From: Chara braunii
Taxonomy: Eukaryota > Plantae > Charophyceae
Assembly (NCBI GenBank): GCA_003427395.1
Contig: BFEA01000005.1
Coordinates: 1,747,823-1,811,497, forward strand
DNA length: 63,675 nucleotides
Direction of reading: 5' to 3'
Position numbers and translations under genes: made by a program. Under the pieces are notes generated by a model that did not search any database, was not told where the DNA came from, and was given only the letters and a program-made list of their open reading frames with translations. Position 1 is the stretch's first letter. Each line of letters opens with the position of its first letter. This document shows positions 10,951-23,965 of this stretch, one piece after another.

Positions 10951-13900
10951 CTCCGCCATTGCCCCCACACACTGGACTTTCTTACTAACACTTTTTCTAT
11001 TGATTCTTTATTAATTCTAACTTCTAAATCGGGGTCGCAATAGGCAAAAACCCCTATCTAACATTTAAAATCACTCGATTTCGTTGGGAATCGAGTAAAC
11101 TATGCAACATTATCTCCGCCACTTCCCTCTTTCCCAACCCCGCCACCTCCTACTCAACTCTCGAATGCACCTGGCGCAGGCCGGCGCCCAGGTTCGTTCG
11201 GCTCCCTTCTCCCTGCTGCGTCCGCCTCTCCGCCTTACCGTGCCAGCGCTCACCGCTCGCTGCCAGCCCCCTCCTTCACTTCTAGCGCTCCACCTCACCC
11301 AGCCCTGCCATACCCCGCATGCACCCGACTCTGTTTTCCGCCCAGGTTCACATTCCTCACTTTGCCCGTTGCCCCCTGCCTGTTTCCTTCCGCCGATGTT
11401 GGCGTCAACATTGGCTCCCAACTGCGCAGCCCGACGGACGGTCGAAATGCCAAGCAAAAGCCCCGGCCGTCGGACCCCCCTCCCGATTTATGCGTATTAC
11501 TCTTACGCAGGGGCCATGCTGATCTTCTCTGCATCGTTCCAATTCTAACAGAAGTCCAGAAGGCCTCGACCTGGGCTGTGGGGTCGATCAGCCCCGGCCC
11601 CCAGTTCCGCCATCTGGGTGCAGACCCAAGTCTGTACTTCAACAGTTCAATGGTGTGCCCACTGAGCAAGGGTCTTGGGTCCCGTACCGCCCGCGGCACT
11701 GCGTCCCAAGGCCAAGCGGGGCACGGCTCTCGCGCAGCCACGAAGACAGTTTGTAATTGCACTTCAGGCAATCCCGCGAATGCAACACACCCCACACGAC
11801 CCTACCGCCGTCTCGCGTCCCAGAAAGGGATGCGACAAAAAAAAAGGACCGAAATTAGTAAAGCAAAGGGAAATAAAGTAAAAATAAAATGAAATAAAGG
11901 TAAGGCCGGGGCACCGCGGCGCCGCTGGCACCTCGCCAGTTCCGCGAATCGGGCCCGCCGCCTCGCTTATTAACAAAACCGAGGGGGATAGCCCAGCGGC
12001 CCTCAACCCCATCGGCTTCCTCCTCAATGCTCCGCTGCTGCTGCTGTGCCGACGCCCGCCAACCTCGACTCCAAAACCTCCGTAGTAGTAGTCCGATGTC
12101 GTAACCTATAGGGCTAAGCCCAAGCCTGAGACTAATATCCGCGGAGTGCCATATAAGACGGTACAGCGCTACGCTCAGGGCCAGGGAAATTGGCCTGAGC
12201 CTCATCTCAGCCTACAACCGCGCGCGCGGCCGCCTAGCGTCTGCGCCGACTTACCAGTTGTACCACGGCCGCCACTCGCGCCACTCCGTGTGCCAAGACC
12301 TACCGTAGTCACACTGTCGCCTTCGTCGCCGCCGTCGAGGTCATCCTTCGTATGCATGCGCAGGTCACCGGTAAACGCACCAATCCGGCCGACGATCATG
12401 CTGGCCACTCGATCATCAACAAATAAAAGGATCACGCACGCCTCAAATCCGCACGCCCACACACTCTTTATTCTAGTCAACCATCAGCCGCATAAACGGC
12501 AGACACTACCGTGACTCGCGCGGTATACTCAAACTTTAAGCCAAACTCATTTTTCTGTCATTTGCAAAAAAACAGGGCGGATACCATTGTAAGGGTATTC
12601 GCGCCGACACCGCTGGGCGGCGAGAAGCGAGGGGTCAACTCATGAGAAGAGGGGCATGAGAAGTGTGAGCATAGAGAGGGAGAAAGAGAGAGAGAGAGAG
12701 AAGGCGGGTGAGAGAGAGAGAGGGAGAGAAAGACTAGCGAAGAAGAGCGAGTGACGTGCAAGCTCCAGGGTAATATTCGTTAACGACTACGTTCTCGGCC
12801 GCTCGGATCGCGGGGGCAGTCTGTCCCACGAGATCGTATACACTCTCTCCAAGGACGAGGTCGCCGACTTCTAAACCTGTGTGATAGTTACGTTCAAGAA
12901 CGAAAGAAGGGAAAGGCTCACGGGTCAGCATTTGTCGACGGAATCTTTGGAAGAGAGATAAGCAATTACAAGGACATGGGTAGGTGCGATGAGGAGAGAA
13001 AGTGAGAGAGAGTACTTGCAGGGGTCAACTGGTCGCCTCCAGAGTGAATGTCGTTTGGTCATCGCAGCCTTTCAGAGTGTGATGACGAGGACTCTGCGTG
13101 AGTGCCTTGTGCTGTCAATGTGTGATTTAGTATGACACCGTGTTATCCATTGTATGCGCGGTGGGTAAGTGTGAAGAGGCCAGCGAAGAGGTGTGTACAC
13201 GAGTGAGTGAGCGGTGCGCATAGGAGAGAGAAGAGAGATTTGCTTGAGGCGCTCCCTCATACTTTTTTTGGTTTGTTGATGTTAACTCACCCATATTGTC
13301 CATGTCATTAGCTTCAGTATATCACCCGTACCTGTCCTCCATTCTTGGGGACATGCGCCACGCGACAACTGACTTTTCGTAGCCCGATCTCCATCGTGGG
13401 TTGAGAAGGTGCTAGTAGAGGACGTCTCCATAACCGAGTCTCAAAGCTAGGTGATGAGAGAGGCTGGCGTGTTCTAAGGAATTGACATTACTAGTGAAGG
13501 GCATGATGGTATGTGTTGGATACAAATGACGGGCTGGACTTGAAAGAAACCAGCCATACGAAAAGGATGACGTAGCCTCCACAATGATTGCGGGATACAG
13601 TGGGCGTTACCTCCCTTCTCCTAGTCGGAACAGGTTCCTTTCTGTACGGAGTGACCGTTGACGTCAGCCTTTCGAGAACGAGCAGGTGATGCAAAGTTCA
13701 AGGCGATGAGCGGCTTCGAGTAATGAGAAAAAACAATCCGTACACGCACGAGCTAGTGACGCGAGATGGGCACTGGAATCACACTTTCTCTGCTGATTAA
13801 ACGACATTAGTTGGGCGTGGGATCACTGTCCCAGGCAGAACTCACGTGTTTCACATAAACGCACAGACCCATATGGGGCAGTCTTTCAATGGAGGAGCCA

Positions 13901-15354
13901 GATACATAGCACTGCATTGATTATGCACGGGGAGGTGTCGAATGATGTTTCGAGCCTTTCAAGTTTTTTTTACGGAGCCAAACTATGGGTTACAACGAGG
14001 CTACCGCCAGTCTGACATAAGAGTAAGCCCGTGAGCCAGATCTCGATCTTGGTTGGGTGTTTGTGGTGAACTATCGGACGAGCAGTTGTAGTGATCCTAT
14101 GCATACTTACCAGTAGACTTGAGTATGGTGGACAGTTGGTAGCAAACTGAGGGAGAGAAGGGTATAAGCGAGTGAGAGTAAGTTTTGAATCTGAAACTGA
14201 AGAGATACTAAGTGAGGTTTAAATTGGCAATTGAGAGCACTCTTCACACGACGTATCGTGTAATAAAAATTGTCAGGACCTAATCGACTCCCTCACCTTG
14301 CGACTGATCAGTTGTCGAGGTGAGGCGTCAAAAGGTTGGCTTTGATAACTTGACATTGTTAGGGCGTCCACAATCGAGTTGGTCGCATAAAAGATCTTCC
14401 TCCACCTTTTCCCTGTTTAATCGTTACGGCTTAACCTCTTGCAGCGAACGACATGAGGGACTGAGAAACTGCAATTTGAGAGGTAACCTTTGGAAGTGGT
14501 TTAACTGCCCTCCATAAAACCGATATGTTGATTAATGGGTAAGCAACAAAAAATCCTTAAGAAGGTTATCTACCCACTGGCTAAGTTTCTCATGGATGAC
14601 TAGTTAACATTTACTGATTCATGAGTTGCGATACTCTGACAAGTCTCTTAGGATCGGACAAGACAGTGCATCGCTTTTCCTTGTAAGACTCTATGACTTG
14701 ATCGGTTGATTGTGAGGCTCAAGTACTCAACTTTCGTTCCCCCTTTTTCTACGCTTGACGAAGTCCCTCAGCCTGCATTCCATTTGTAGACATGAGATGT
14801 TCATGCTTTGTTTGCTAACTAGGGTGTTATCTTGTGGCATTCCCTCCTATGAATGGACGCGAACTATGAATGTTTATCTTGAGTTAAGCCCTGAGTGACA
14901 CAATTCTCCGAAGTGTTGACGTTTGTGTTAATTATGATAAACGTGTGCAATCACAAACTCCTTGTATGGTGGGCTTCCTTTACATGTACACAGGCATAAG
15001 TCCTCAGTGTGTTGGATGACTTCGAGTACTAAGTGAAAAGGGAATCGCTATGGGAGACGTTTGGGAGGCTCCCACCTCTGATCAGCACTCTACCTTGTAT
15101 ACGGATGGCGGCTATGACCAGTAGTGCCCTACGCTGTATACAAGGGTTGCGACCGACGGTTCCTCAAATACAGGGATGCAAAGCCTTTATAGCCCCCTTT
15201 ACTCTTGTGTTTTATTCTATTCTATTACGCGAATGAGGACACTTGTCTGTTGTTCCTAGTATGTTTGCGTGACACCCGGTATTATACTCGAGTGAAGGCA
15301 ACGAGGGGCAGTCGTGAGAGTCATGAGCGAATGACATTCTATGTAGTATAGGAA

Positions 15355-15464
15355 CAACTGTAGGTAATGTCGAGGCTCTAAGTGTTATATACGTAAAATG
15401 GAAGTTCCTCAACTGTAGGTAATGTCGAGGCTCTAAGTGTTATATACGTAAAATTGAAGTTCCT
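15355..15464. repeat. 55-bp tandem duplication
   Basis: CAACTGTAGGTAATGTCGAGG...GAAGTTCCT x2 with 1 mismatch. Confidence 0.95.
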
Positions 15465-16459
15465 CTTTAGCAGACTGTGTGATATGAGTGACGAGCCACG
15501 GACGGTATAACACGCTAAACCAAGACAAAGGTTGCAACGAAAGATGTTTTGTTGTTCTGTACGAGCATGAACGGAGATCGGTAGCTTGTAACATGACTTC
15601 GAATGAGAATGAGGCTTACCATTCTCCTAATCTAGGCGCCATTACTCTTGTCTGTACCTCATGTATTATTTGAACCAAGCTCGCTCACAATATCATCCCA
15701 GGGAGAATTTGTTGCATGCACAGAACTAAGACAGTATATTATCATGGTATAAAGGCCCGCTGATCAGAGATATCCTACATAGCAACCTAGCCAAGAGTTC
15801 GCCCCTCAAACCACTATCGAATTCCTGTTATAGTTCAGCCTATCTGAGCAACCTAAGTGTTACTGATAACAACTGGCCTTACGAAACCTCTATGTAGAAC
15901 ACCCTCAGAACAGAGTATGGCGGTACTTACATGCAGAGTACAGTAGAAAGTATGCAATCTCAGTCGAACTCAAGCAGAGAATTGGCAATAGACTAGGAAA
16001 AAAACAATCTGCCAGAGAATCTAGCAGCAAAGTGGCTGACCAAGAGCTTAGGCATTAACAGACACTTATAACCTCGGTTGTGGATTGTCTGCCACAGTAG
16101 GAGGTCTATTGTGTGTCAGTTTGGGACCGAACGACTGACCTCATGCCTGACAATCCTCTGCACTCTCCTTGTGCCCTGAAGTTCCATAATAGAGGAAGCA
16201 GCCACCCATTTGCTGGAATAAGTTTCGAACTCCACTTCTATTTGCATTTAGCCACAATTTGGGTTGGAATGATGGGGTAACTAAGGTTGGCGCCTGAAAA
16301 TCACTCGATCAGCTTAGAGGAAAAACTAGGTGCGACGGGCTGGGCGGTGAGCCCCTCCAAGAAGCTACACCTTTGTTATACAGAGCGTGCCAGAACCGTT
16401 AATCATTCCTCTGTTCTCCAATCTCTTGGGTTGTCATCCCGAAGGGGACAGGGAAAAAT

Positions 16460-16681
16460 ATGAAGGATGCTGAAGTATTAGTAGTTAAACGCATCATCAA
16501 CCAAAACAAACATGAGGGTTGGGAGGCAAAAGCGATTCGAGGCATGGGACATGGTAAGCCAATTCTGACGAAATGGGCGATTAGTAGGATTGGAGAAAGG
16601 AAATGTACTGGATACGTTTTTCAGTTCCATGATGGTAACGGCAAACTGCACAGCACCGGTTCATCCCTAGAGACGGCGTAG
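16460..16681 (+). CDS. Small LTR-encoded protein (ORF-S), homolog of 50609-50857; likely truncated by a premature stop
   Basis: MKDAEVLVVK..EGW..YVFQFHDGNGKLHSTGSSLET aligns with MKDCEKLVMK..EGW..YVIYFYGTDGKLHNTLSSMET. Confidence 0.75.
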   Translation: MKDAEVLVVKRIINQNKHEGWEAKAIRGMGHGKPILTKWAISRIGERKCTGYVFQFHDGNGKLHSTGSSLETA

Positions 16682-17008
16682 CAGGCCAGGGTCAGGCTTA
16701 AGTGAGTGCAAAGATCCACAAACTTTCTTACCAGCATCCCGGTTAGTAAAACGCCACTAAAAAATCTACAGTTTTCTCAATTCACCATCAAGTGATCAAC
16801 ATTAAGAGATTTATACTTCAACAACTCTTAATCATACGAGTTACCTTAAAGTTTCAGTCAAGATCAATCAGCAATCAGTTACTGCTATTTGACACAGAGG
16901 TCAGTATTAGTCAGATAGTACTTTCACCAAAAGGCACTGAGATTAGTATCAACCGGATTATGTCCTCGTTGGAAGACACAAAACCGGTTTTAGCATCCTA
17001 CTCGACAC

Positions 17009-17241
17009 ATGAGTACAATCCAGTCATTCCCGGTCGACGGTTCAATTTTGACTAGGCTCAACAGGATTGCTTCCAAAATGTCTTCCACTATCGGTATGTT
17101 GGTGTAATTGGTTTCAAGCAAGGAGAACTATTTATCTTTGTAGTTCACACTGAGTTCTCAGAGGGTACCATTCATGATTTAAGAATCTACGTGAAGAAAG
17201 GCAATGAGAAAAGTGATGGCGCCACGTGGATAGTCGCAGCC
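17009..17241 (+). pseudogene. LTR-encoded accessory protein (ORF-X) homolog, frameshifted and truncated
   Basis: MSTIQSFPVDGSILTRLNRIASK / NVFHYRYVGVIGFKQGELFIFVVHTEFSEGTIHDLRIYVKKG..ATWIVAA aligns with 49574-50227. Confidence 0.85.
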
Positions 17242-17559
17242 GACAGCCCCGGCGAAAGAGGGGGTGGCCAGCTCGGAAGGGGACATGTTCCAAGTCAAAA
17301 AAGTCGTGTGTAGAGGGGTCGGTGGGTGGGATGGGGGGTGACGGGGGGGTGACGGGGGGGAGCACGGATCGCCTATGTATCACCCGCGGCCACGGTCGTG
17401 GGGTCCAATGGCCACGGCCACAGATGGCGGCCCCAATTCCGCGACCATGATTTTTACGGATTTTTCTTGGGTGAAATAAAACATTAAAAATATATATCGT
17501 CAAATAGAACTGCCCGGTAAACCGTAGGCAGAGAGGGAGAAGAGGACAACAAACGAGGG

Positions 17560-17921
17560 GTATATATATATATATGGGGTTGTAGGGTTTTTCGAACCCT
17601 ACAACCCCATATTTGTTTTTTCCAAATCGCATTTTCTTGGTTCTAAAAAAAAAAAAATGGAAACTGCAAAAAAAAACAAGGAAAAAAAAAACGAAAAAAA
17701 AATAAATTATTTTTTCTTTTTTTGGGTTGTGTGTGTGTGTGTGTGTGTAAGTTCGTGGGAGAGGGGGGGGGGAGAGACAGGGGAAAATCCCCTTCCACCA
17801 ATCAATCAATCAATCAACCAATCAATAAATCAATCAATCGAAGAAGAAAAAAGTGAAAAAAAGAACATTTTAAAAACGCGGGGAAAAAAAAGTGCTCAAC
17901 AGTAGAGTTGTTTGTGCGCGC

Positions 17922-17952
<31 letters not shown>

Positions 17953-18019
17953 TGTGTGCATGGGGGAGGGGAGGCCACCAATTAATCAATCAATCAATAA
18001 AGTTTTTTTTTTTTTTTTT
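17560..18019. repeat. Low-complexity region with (TG)n, (ATCA)n and homopolymers next to an assembly gap
   Basis: Seen directly; N gap at 18020-18257. Confidence 0.85.
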
Positions 18020-18257
18020 NNNNNNNNNNNNNNNNNNNNNNNNNNNNNNNNNNNNNNNNNNNNNNNNNNNNNNNNNNNNNNNNNNNNNNNNNNNNNNNNN
18101 NNNNNNNNNNNNNNNNNNNNNNNNNNNNNNNNNNNNNNNNNNNNNNNNNNNNNNNNNNNNNNNNNNNNNNNNNNNNNNNNNNNNNNNNNNNNNNNNNNNN
18201 NNNNNNNNNNNNNNNNNNNNNNNNNNNNNNNNNNNNNNNNNNNNNNNNNNNNNNNNN

Positions 18258-19830
18258 TGGCTGCAAAGTCGTGCAGCCGCGACCTTGGCCGCACATGGCC
18301 ACCACCGGGGAAGATTCATAGCAGATCACCCATGGAAGGCCATTCGCTGGAAGCATTGGCACTTGGGTTTGGCAGAGATGGCATATCAAGAAGGCAATCC
18401 ATCACAATGACTGGGGTTGCGATGCAAAGAACGGTGCATGTCGGTGGCAGTGGAAGCTTGTGCTCGCAAAGGACTGTCGTCGGCGATTCGGGAGGTCAAA
18501 GACCTATCACTCCACCGAAAACATTGGTGGTGACAGCTCCACGCGCTGACAAAACACTTGTCCAGCCCGTACAACGTTGGCACGTCGATCCATCAAACAC
18601 CGTCGCTGGGTCATCGGGCAGGGTACTTCCACTTGCTTCCACTGGAAAACGTGGCAACCGAGGCTGTCAACGACGCCTCCAGCTTCAGGGGGGAAAGGTG
18701 AGAAGAGGGGACGCGAGTAGAGGCGGGAAGAAAAGAGGAGACGACGGAGCGTACTCCGCGGGTTGGCGACGACGACAAAGAGCCTCTCACAAAAAGGAAG
18801 AAAGGATCACGACAAGAGAGGGACTTGGACACAAAGTCTAAGCTGGGGAGTGACGGAAAGAATTTATGAGGGACCGGACCTGGTCGCCTCATCGTCGACG
18901 TTATGCACTCTTGTGCAGACTACTACTGCGCAATCGTCAATGGTGACGTTGGCGCCAACACTCTCGCAGGCCTGATCATGCCACCAAACGACGTCCCCCG
19001 CTTCTGAATCGAAGATCCAACGCAGCGCGAACCAACTCTTCGCATGGCGAGGAAGTTGAAGAATGTGGCCATGCATGTGATCCACGGGCGGATCTTCAGG
19101 TCCCCTTCCAGAGCCGACGGTTTCGCCCGCGCGGAGTCGTATGTCTCCGTTTTATTACCCAGCGGATCTGGCGAGAGCAGTGACAGTCCCTGAAGTGGTC
19201 GAGGGTGGTCTCCCCCAACGTCGTTTATCACACGATCGCCCTCAAGATGGACATTCCATTGTGGTTTGTTGGGGCGTATATTGAGGACATGTCAGAGGAC
19301 GATTACATCGCTGCCCTTCAGGAGTCCACGGTCTTGCATTTGGCTTCCTGCTTCGAAGACGCGCTCCCCGGCAGCTATTGGTCTGAGAATGGGATGATGT
19401 CCTAGTCTAGTTTGAACAGAATCGGGGATGCCTTCCGCCTTCTTCTCGCCGCTAACATGTGGATCATACACATGGGTGGTGATAACGCCCATTCTCACTA
19501 CCAGGCGTCGAACTACTCGCAGCTCGTCGCGAAGCCCACGCTGATAACAGCAGGGTCGCAGGCTTTCAACTAGAGCAGGCATATTGTTGACTCCATGAAT
19601 ATTGTTTTGTTTTACCTTGAGAAGCCGCCCATGACGTTGAATATGTTTTCCAACTACATCCCAGAGTGGACGGTGTGTGGAGTAAGCTAAAACTTTATTG
19701 CTGGTTTGGAGGATCTTCACGTGGCGGTTAGGATGGACTGGATGGGGACAGGACCTGTCGTTGACGAAAGGAAGGACAACGGAGAAGATGGCGATAGAGG
19801 GTCGTGAGAGTCGTTGAAGTGGCATTCTTG
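18258..19830 (+). pseudogene. Degraded second ORF of the Harbinger element (expected Myb/SANT partner; N-terminus not visible)
   Basis: GC-rich coding-like fragments (e.g. 19205-19405 VYHTIALKMDIPLWFVGAYIED) convergent with the transposase. The Myb domain itself was not seen. Confidence 0.4.
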
Positions 19831-20492
19831 CACTTCCTCGTCTTGTCTGCATGCGGAGCGGAAGCTCCCCCGGTTGATGGCGCCTCGTCCGTTGTCCTTC
19901 GTCTGCTAAGGAAGGGAGGGGGCGGGGGGGGTGAGCACAGGGAAGGAAGGGGGGGGGGGGGGGGGGGGCGGGGGCGGGGGGGGCGACGTGGGGCATGGGG
20001 CATGGGGCGAGGGGGGAGGTTGAGGCGGAGGGTCAATACGTGTCACAGGCCCTGGAACTGGTCCACGCACCTTGAAAATAGCCAAAAGGGGAGAATGTGA
20101 CTTCTAGGCGTTAGGGTCAAAAGGGGAGAATATGACTTCCAGGGGGTTGGGGTGCTGGGGCCGGGGGTGGTGGAGNGGACGGAAGGGGGGAAGCCATTCT
20201 GAGAATGGCACCTTTTCTTTTTTAAATAAAAACAACATCCATATGTGCGATTGCATCTTCGGCGCATCAACTGTCTTTTCATGTTCCTCTCACCCGTATC
20301 CGTGCTTGTGATCTGCGTATGATTCTCGAGAGTCCGTCGTCCAGTCATTGCATGGGTTTATAATGTTTTCATGGACAAATTGTGAATTACCTGTGTGATA
20401 TTCAGTGCAACCTTCGCCCACAACATTTTTTTTTTTTTTTACCCACGAACACAACCGAGTTCAATCACTCGAGTTTTTTATTGCAATATGCG

Positions 20493-20494
<2 letters not shown>

Positions 20495-20530
<36 letters not shown>

Positions 20531-20695
20531 CCGATTGACCGATGGATTGATTGAATGATTGATCGATTGATTGATTGATTGTCTAATTGATCGATTGAAT
20601 GATTGATTGATTGATCGATCAATCGATGGATTGATTAATTGATTTATTGATCGATTGATCGATTGACAGATTGATTGATCGATTGATCAATTGAT
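20495..20695. repeat. Degenerate (GATT)n microsatellite
   Basis: Seen directly. Confidence 0.95.
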
Positions 20696-21162
20696 GGGTT
20701 CTTTGTTTTCATGCATGAATATGTTCATGACGTGGTCGACTGCGCTGCGGAGCTGCGGATGAGGGGGAAACAAAAAACAAATTTAACAAAACAATGGTAA
20801 AAATTGTTTGTAACTGAACCCGTCGATGTGATTCTGATGACTCTGCTGACTACAGAAGGACGGCAAAAAAAAAACGTTGGACAGGTTCAAAACAAAGAAT
20901 AAAGGCAATTGCGACGTCCTTATAAAATCGATGATGTAGCACCCTCCATCGTTCTAAACATGTTCAACAAGAAAAGAAAACTAACAACAAGAAAATGACA
21001 AAATAAAAATAAAAAAATTGCATGGAGCCGGCCAGTGACGTTCCCTCACCCCCACCTTCCTCCCCCCCTCCCCCACCGCCGGCGAATCCCGAACATCATC
21101 ATGGTCGTCCTCCGCAACAAAGCAATGACCAAGGTAGGGCCGTGGAGAGTCGTCAATAACGT

Positions 21163-22436
21163 TCACTCATGTTTCATGCGCTCCACAAGTGCTTCGTGTA
21201 AGCCCAGCACCCGGGGCCGATTGAAGTTCTCCGCAATGGGGTGGGGTGGGTGATCCATCCCCAAGTCCACTCGCCAGCGCACACCATTTGCATCCACCTC
21301 CCACAACAAGTTGTCATCGAAGTTGATGTCGACATCCAGGAGGATATTGTGCAGAATGCACATGGCTTGTAATTGCTATGGGAGAGTATCCATATCCGTT
21401 TTTTTTGTTTTTTTTTGTGGAGGAAAAACCTCCACATCCCTTTCAGCCTTCCGAAAGCTCTCTCCACCGCTCCTCTGGCGACCTTTTGCCTGTTGTCAAA
21501 CCTCTCCTCATCGACGATTTGATCAGTCCCTTCAAAAGGTAACACGATCCACTCCATGGGAGGATAGTCGTTATCGCCAAGGATGTACCCGTGTGTCTGC
21601 ACCCCGAACAGCCGGAGCACAGCACAACCACGGAAAAGATCCCCCTCTTCAGCGCACTTCTACAGACTGGACAGTTGAAGCACTCGGATATCGTGACAAC
21701 TCTCGGGATAGCCGATGAAAATGCCTGTCACACGCAAGTCCAAGTCCACAAACACCTACGCAACCATCGAAAAACGATGCTTCCGGTTGAAGTAGTTCTC
21801 GGGCGGCATGTTCTTTGAATTGTCCACATAGATGTGCGTGCAGTCTATGCAGCCATAACATTTGGAGACACCTATCGCCTCGAACACACGTAGAACGACG
21901 AGTCGTCGCAACCTAGAAGGGCAAACGATCTTCTCCCAATACACCCTCAAAAGCGCCCTCGTCACATCCTCCATTGAAATCAATCCTGATGCGCGACCTA
22001 TGTCGAATGACAACGTGCTGCTCTCATACGTCTCCCCGCTTGCCCAACGAAAAACACATATGTGATGATGTGATCGGGCATCAAAGGGTCCCTGTAGAAT
22101 GCGCTGCAGATGAGGGGACAACGCCTCGACCATCTCCAGGAACACTCTACAGGACATACGCAGCTTGTCCTTATTGTCGCCCTACGCCATGTCGTCCATC
22201 TTCCGGAGATCATCCCATGTCCCGCCCGTCCTTCTCCTCATCCACCATCTCGGAGTCACCCGCAGGATCGCACCCGATGCCATTGAGCAATAAAATTGCA
22301 CAATCAATTCCGATAATGACACACAACTGGGCGCCTTCATCACTTGTTGCATGAGCTCCCTTTGCCTGCGAATGGACTGTCTCATCTTCGGGCGAGTTGT
22401 CGTTCTCTCAATGTGATAATGAATGGCGACAGTCAC
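21163..22436 (-). pseudogene. PIF/Harbinger (DDE_Tnp_4 / HARBI1-like) transposase, frameshifted
   Basis: Motifs RWASGETY, GCIDCTHI, YFNRK, YILGDNDYP, R..VERAFGRLKGMWR and CILHN spread over several frames. Confidence 0.92.
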
Positions 22437-23394
22437 ACAACTGAAACCAACTCATTTCTCTCCAAAGTCATTAATGCATTCCCAACGACCCGCACCTCTC
22501 CCTCCACGTTCATGACGTGGAATGCCCAAATGTCCAGGACCCTTTCGCTCGCTGGCACCCTCTTTCCCTTGTCTCCACGTCAGCGGAGATGGCGGCAACA
22601 CTCTCCACGCTTCACGGAATCTCACACTTCATGGAACCATGACGTGCATAGTCAACTATGGCGGGCCACAAGATTGTCACGGACGACCTGAAGACGAAGG
22701 TGGAACCCGTTGGCGACGTCACGATTATCGTTGGCGCTACGCCGACGTACGTTCCAATGCCCCCTATTAAGCCATGCCCGCAAGTACTCCTCTGCACTCT
22801 AGCCTCTGGCGTTGCCTCATCACAACAAAGGTTTCAAATTTCAAAATTTTAACCGGGATGTTCGCGCCAATTTTTTTTCCCCAGCCCGGTAGCTTGATAT
22901 GGGCCTCCCTGTCGCCGCCACTAGACCATGCCGACGACACATGGACATCCCAGCACCACGGCGGACATCTACCCCCGCGGCCTCATGTATGCGTATGAAA
23001 TTGGTCGTCGGTGGCCTCCAAGGGTTTTACTTGGGACCCATCGAATTAGGATGCGGTGTAACGACGACGCCGAAAACATAAATTTTTTTCAAGGCCTTCA
23101 TCCTAATTCCTAACGATTTTCCAAGGAGGGTCTAACGAGGCCTCAAGTCTAAAAAACACATACAGATGTAGATTAATTGTTGATCTCTCAAAGAAAGATA
23201 TAAGAGAAACTAGTTAAGCGCCCTCGGTGCGGGCAGTGTGGGCCATGCCCGCAAAAATAAGAAATGTTGTAGACAACCAGACACGGACCATTCGCATAAA
23301 CTGAGATAAACTTAAAAAAAAAAAAAAAAAAAAACGAATCACATACTAATCAAGAATAATCAAAAATGGCTACAAAGTCTGAGTTTAATTCACG

Positions 23395-23645
23395 AATTAA
23401 AAAAAAAGAAAAAAAGAAGAAAAAAAAGAAAAAAAAGAGAAGAAAAAAAGCGAGGAGAGACCTAGACAGACAAAGAGAAAGAGAAAGAAAGAAAAAGATA
23501 GAGAGAGAAAGAGAGAGAGAGAGAGAGAAAGAGAGAAATTGAGAAATATATAAAGAAAGAGACAGAAAGATAGAAATTGATAAATATATAAAGGGAGAGA
23601 GAGAGAGAGAGGAGAAACAAAAGAGCAAAGAATAAAGGAAGACGA
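23395..23645. repeat. (GA)n / A-rich low-complexity tract
   Basis: Seen directly. Confidence 0.9.
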
Positions 23646-23965
23646 ACACGAGTATACAAAGACAAAAAGTTTGATATGAAGATTTTTCGTTCCGTTACAA
23701 TAAGAAAGTGGTCGCAGTATGATCAAAGCACAATTATCGCGTAGTGGAATCAACGTCGACTTAAAAAAACGCAATAATATTACATCAAAATTATTCAAGT
23801 CATTTTTTTTTTTTTTCTCTCTCTCTCTCTCTCTTCTCATATCTCTTGTAGGGGCAATCACGTAACCGAAACTAAAGATAATTATCTAAAAATTTGTCAT
23901 TAAGGCAAGGGTTGGACGACCGCCCAATGAACATCTCTCTCTACCTATATCTCTCATAAGACAAA

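Larger units (their letters stand above)
12556..17241 (+). mobile_element. Divergent relative of the giant LTR (30961-36629 / 49091-53757), opposite orientation, 3' end lost near the gap
   Basis: Encodes homologs of both LTR ORFs in the same order (16460-16681 and 17009-17241). The 5' boundary TGTCA at 12556 is tentative. Confidence 0.6.
18258..23142 (-). mobile_element. PIF/Harbinger DNA transposon (left end lost in the gap)
   Basis: DDE transposase remnants and a convergent second ORF. The right end reads GGCCTCGTTAGAC on the minus strand and is flanked by TCA (TNA-type target). Confidence 0.7.

Noticed and set aside
11102-12514. Overlapping 100-176-aa ORFs as host genes
   Set aside because: GC-rich sequence open in many frames with no recognisable domain.
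17892-18841. Long ORFs spanning the first N gap
   Set aside because: Artefacts of Ns and microsatellites.
23350-23861. Hydrophobic membrane-protein-like ORFs
   Set aside because: Translations of (CT)n and T-rich simple repeats.
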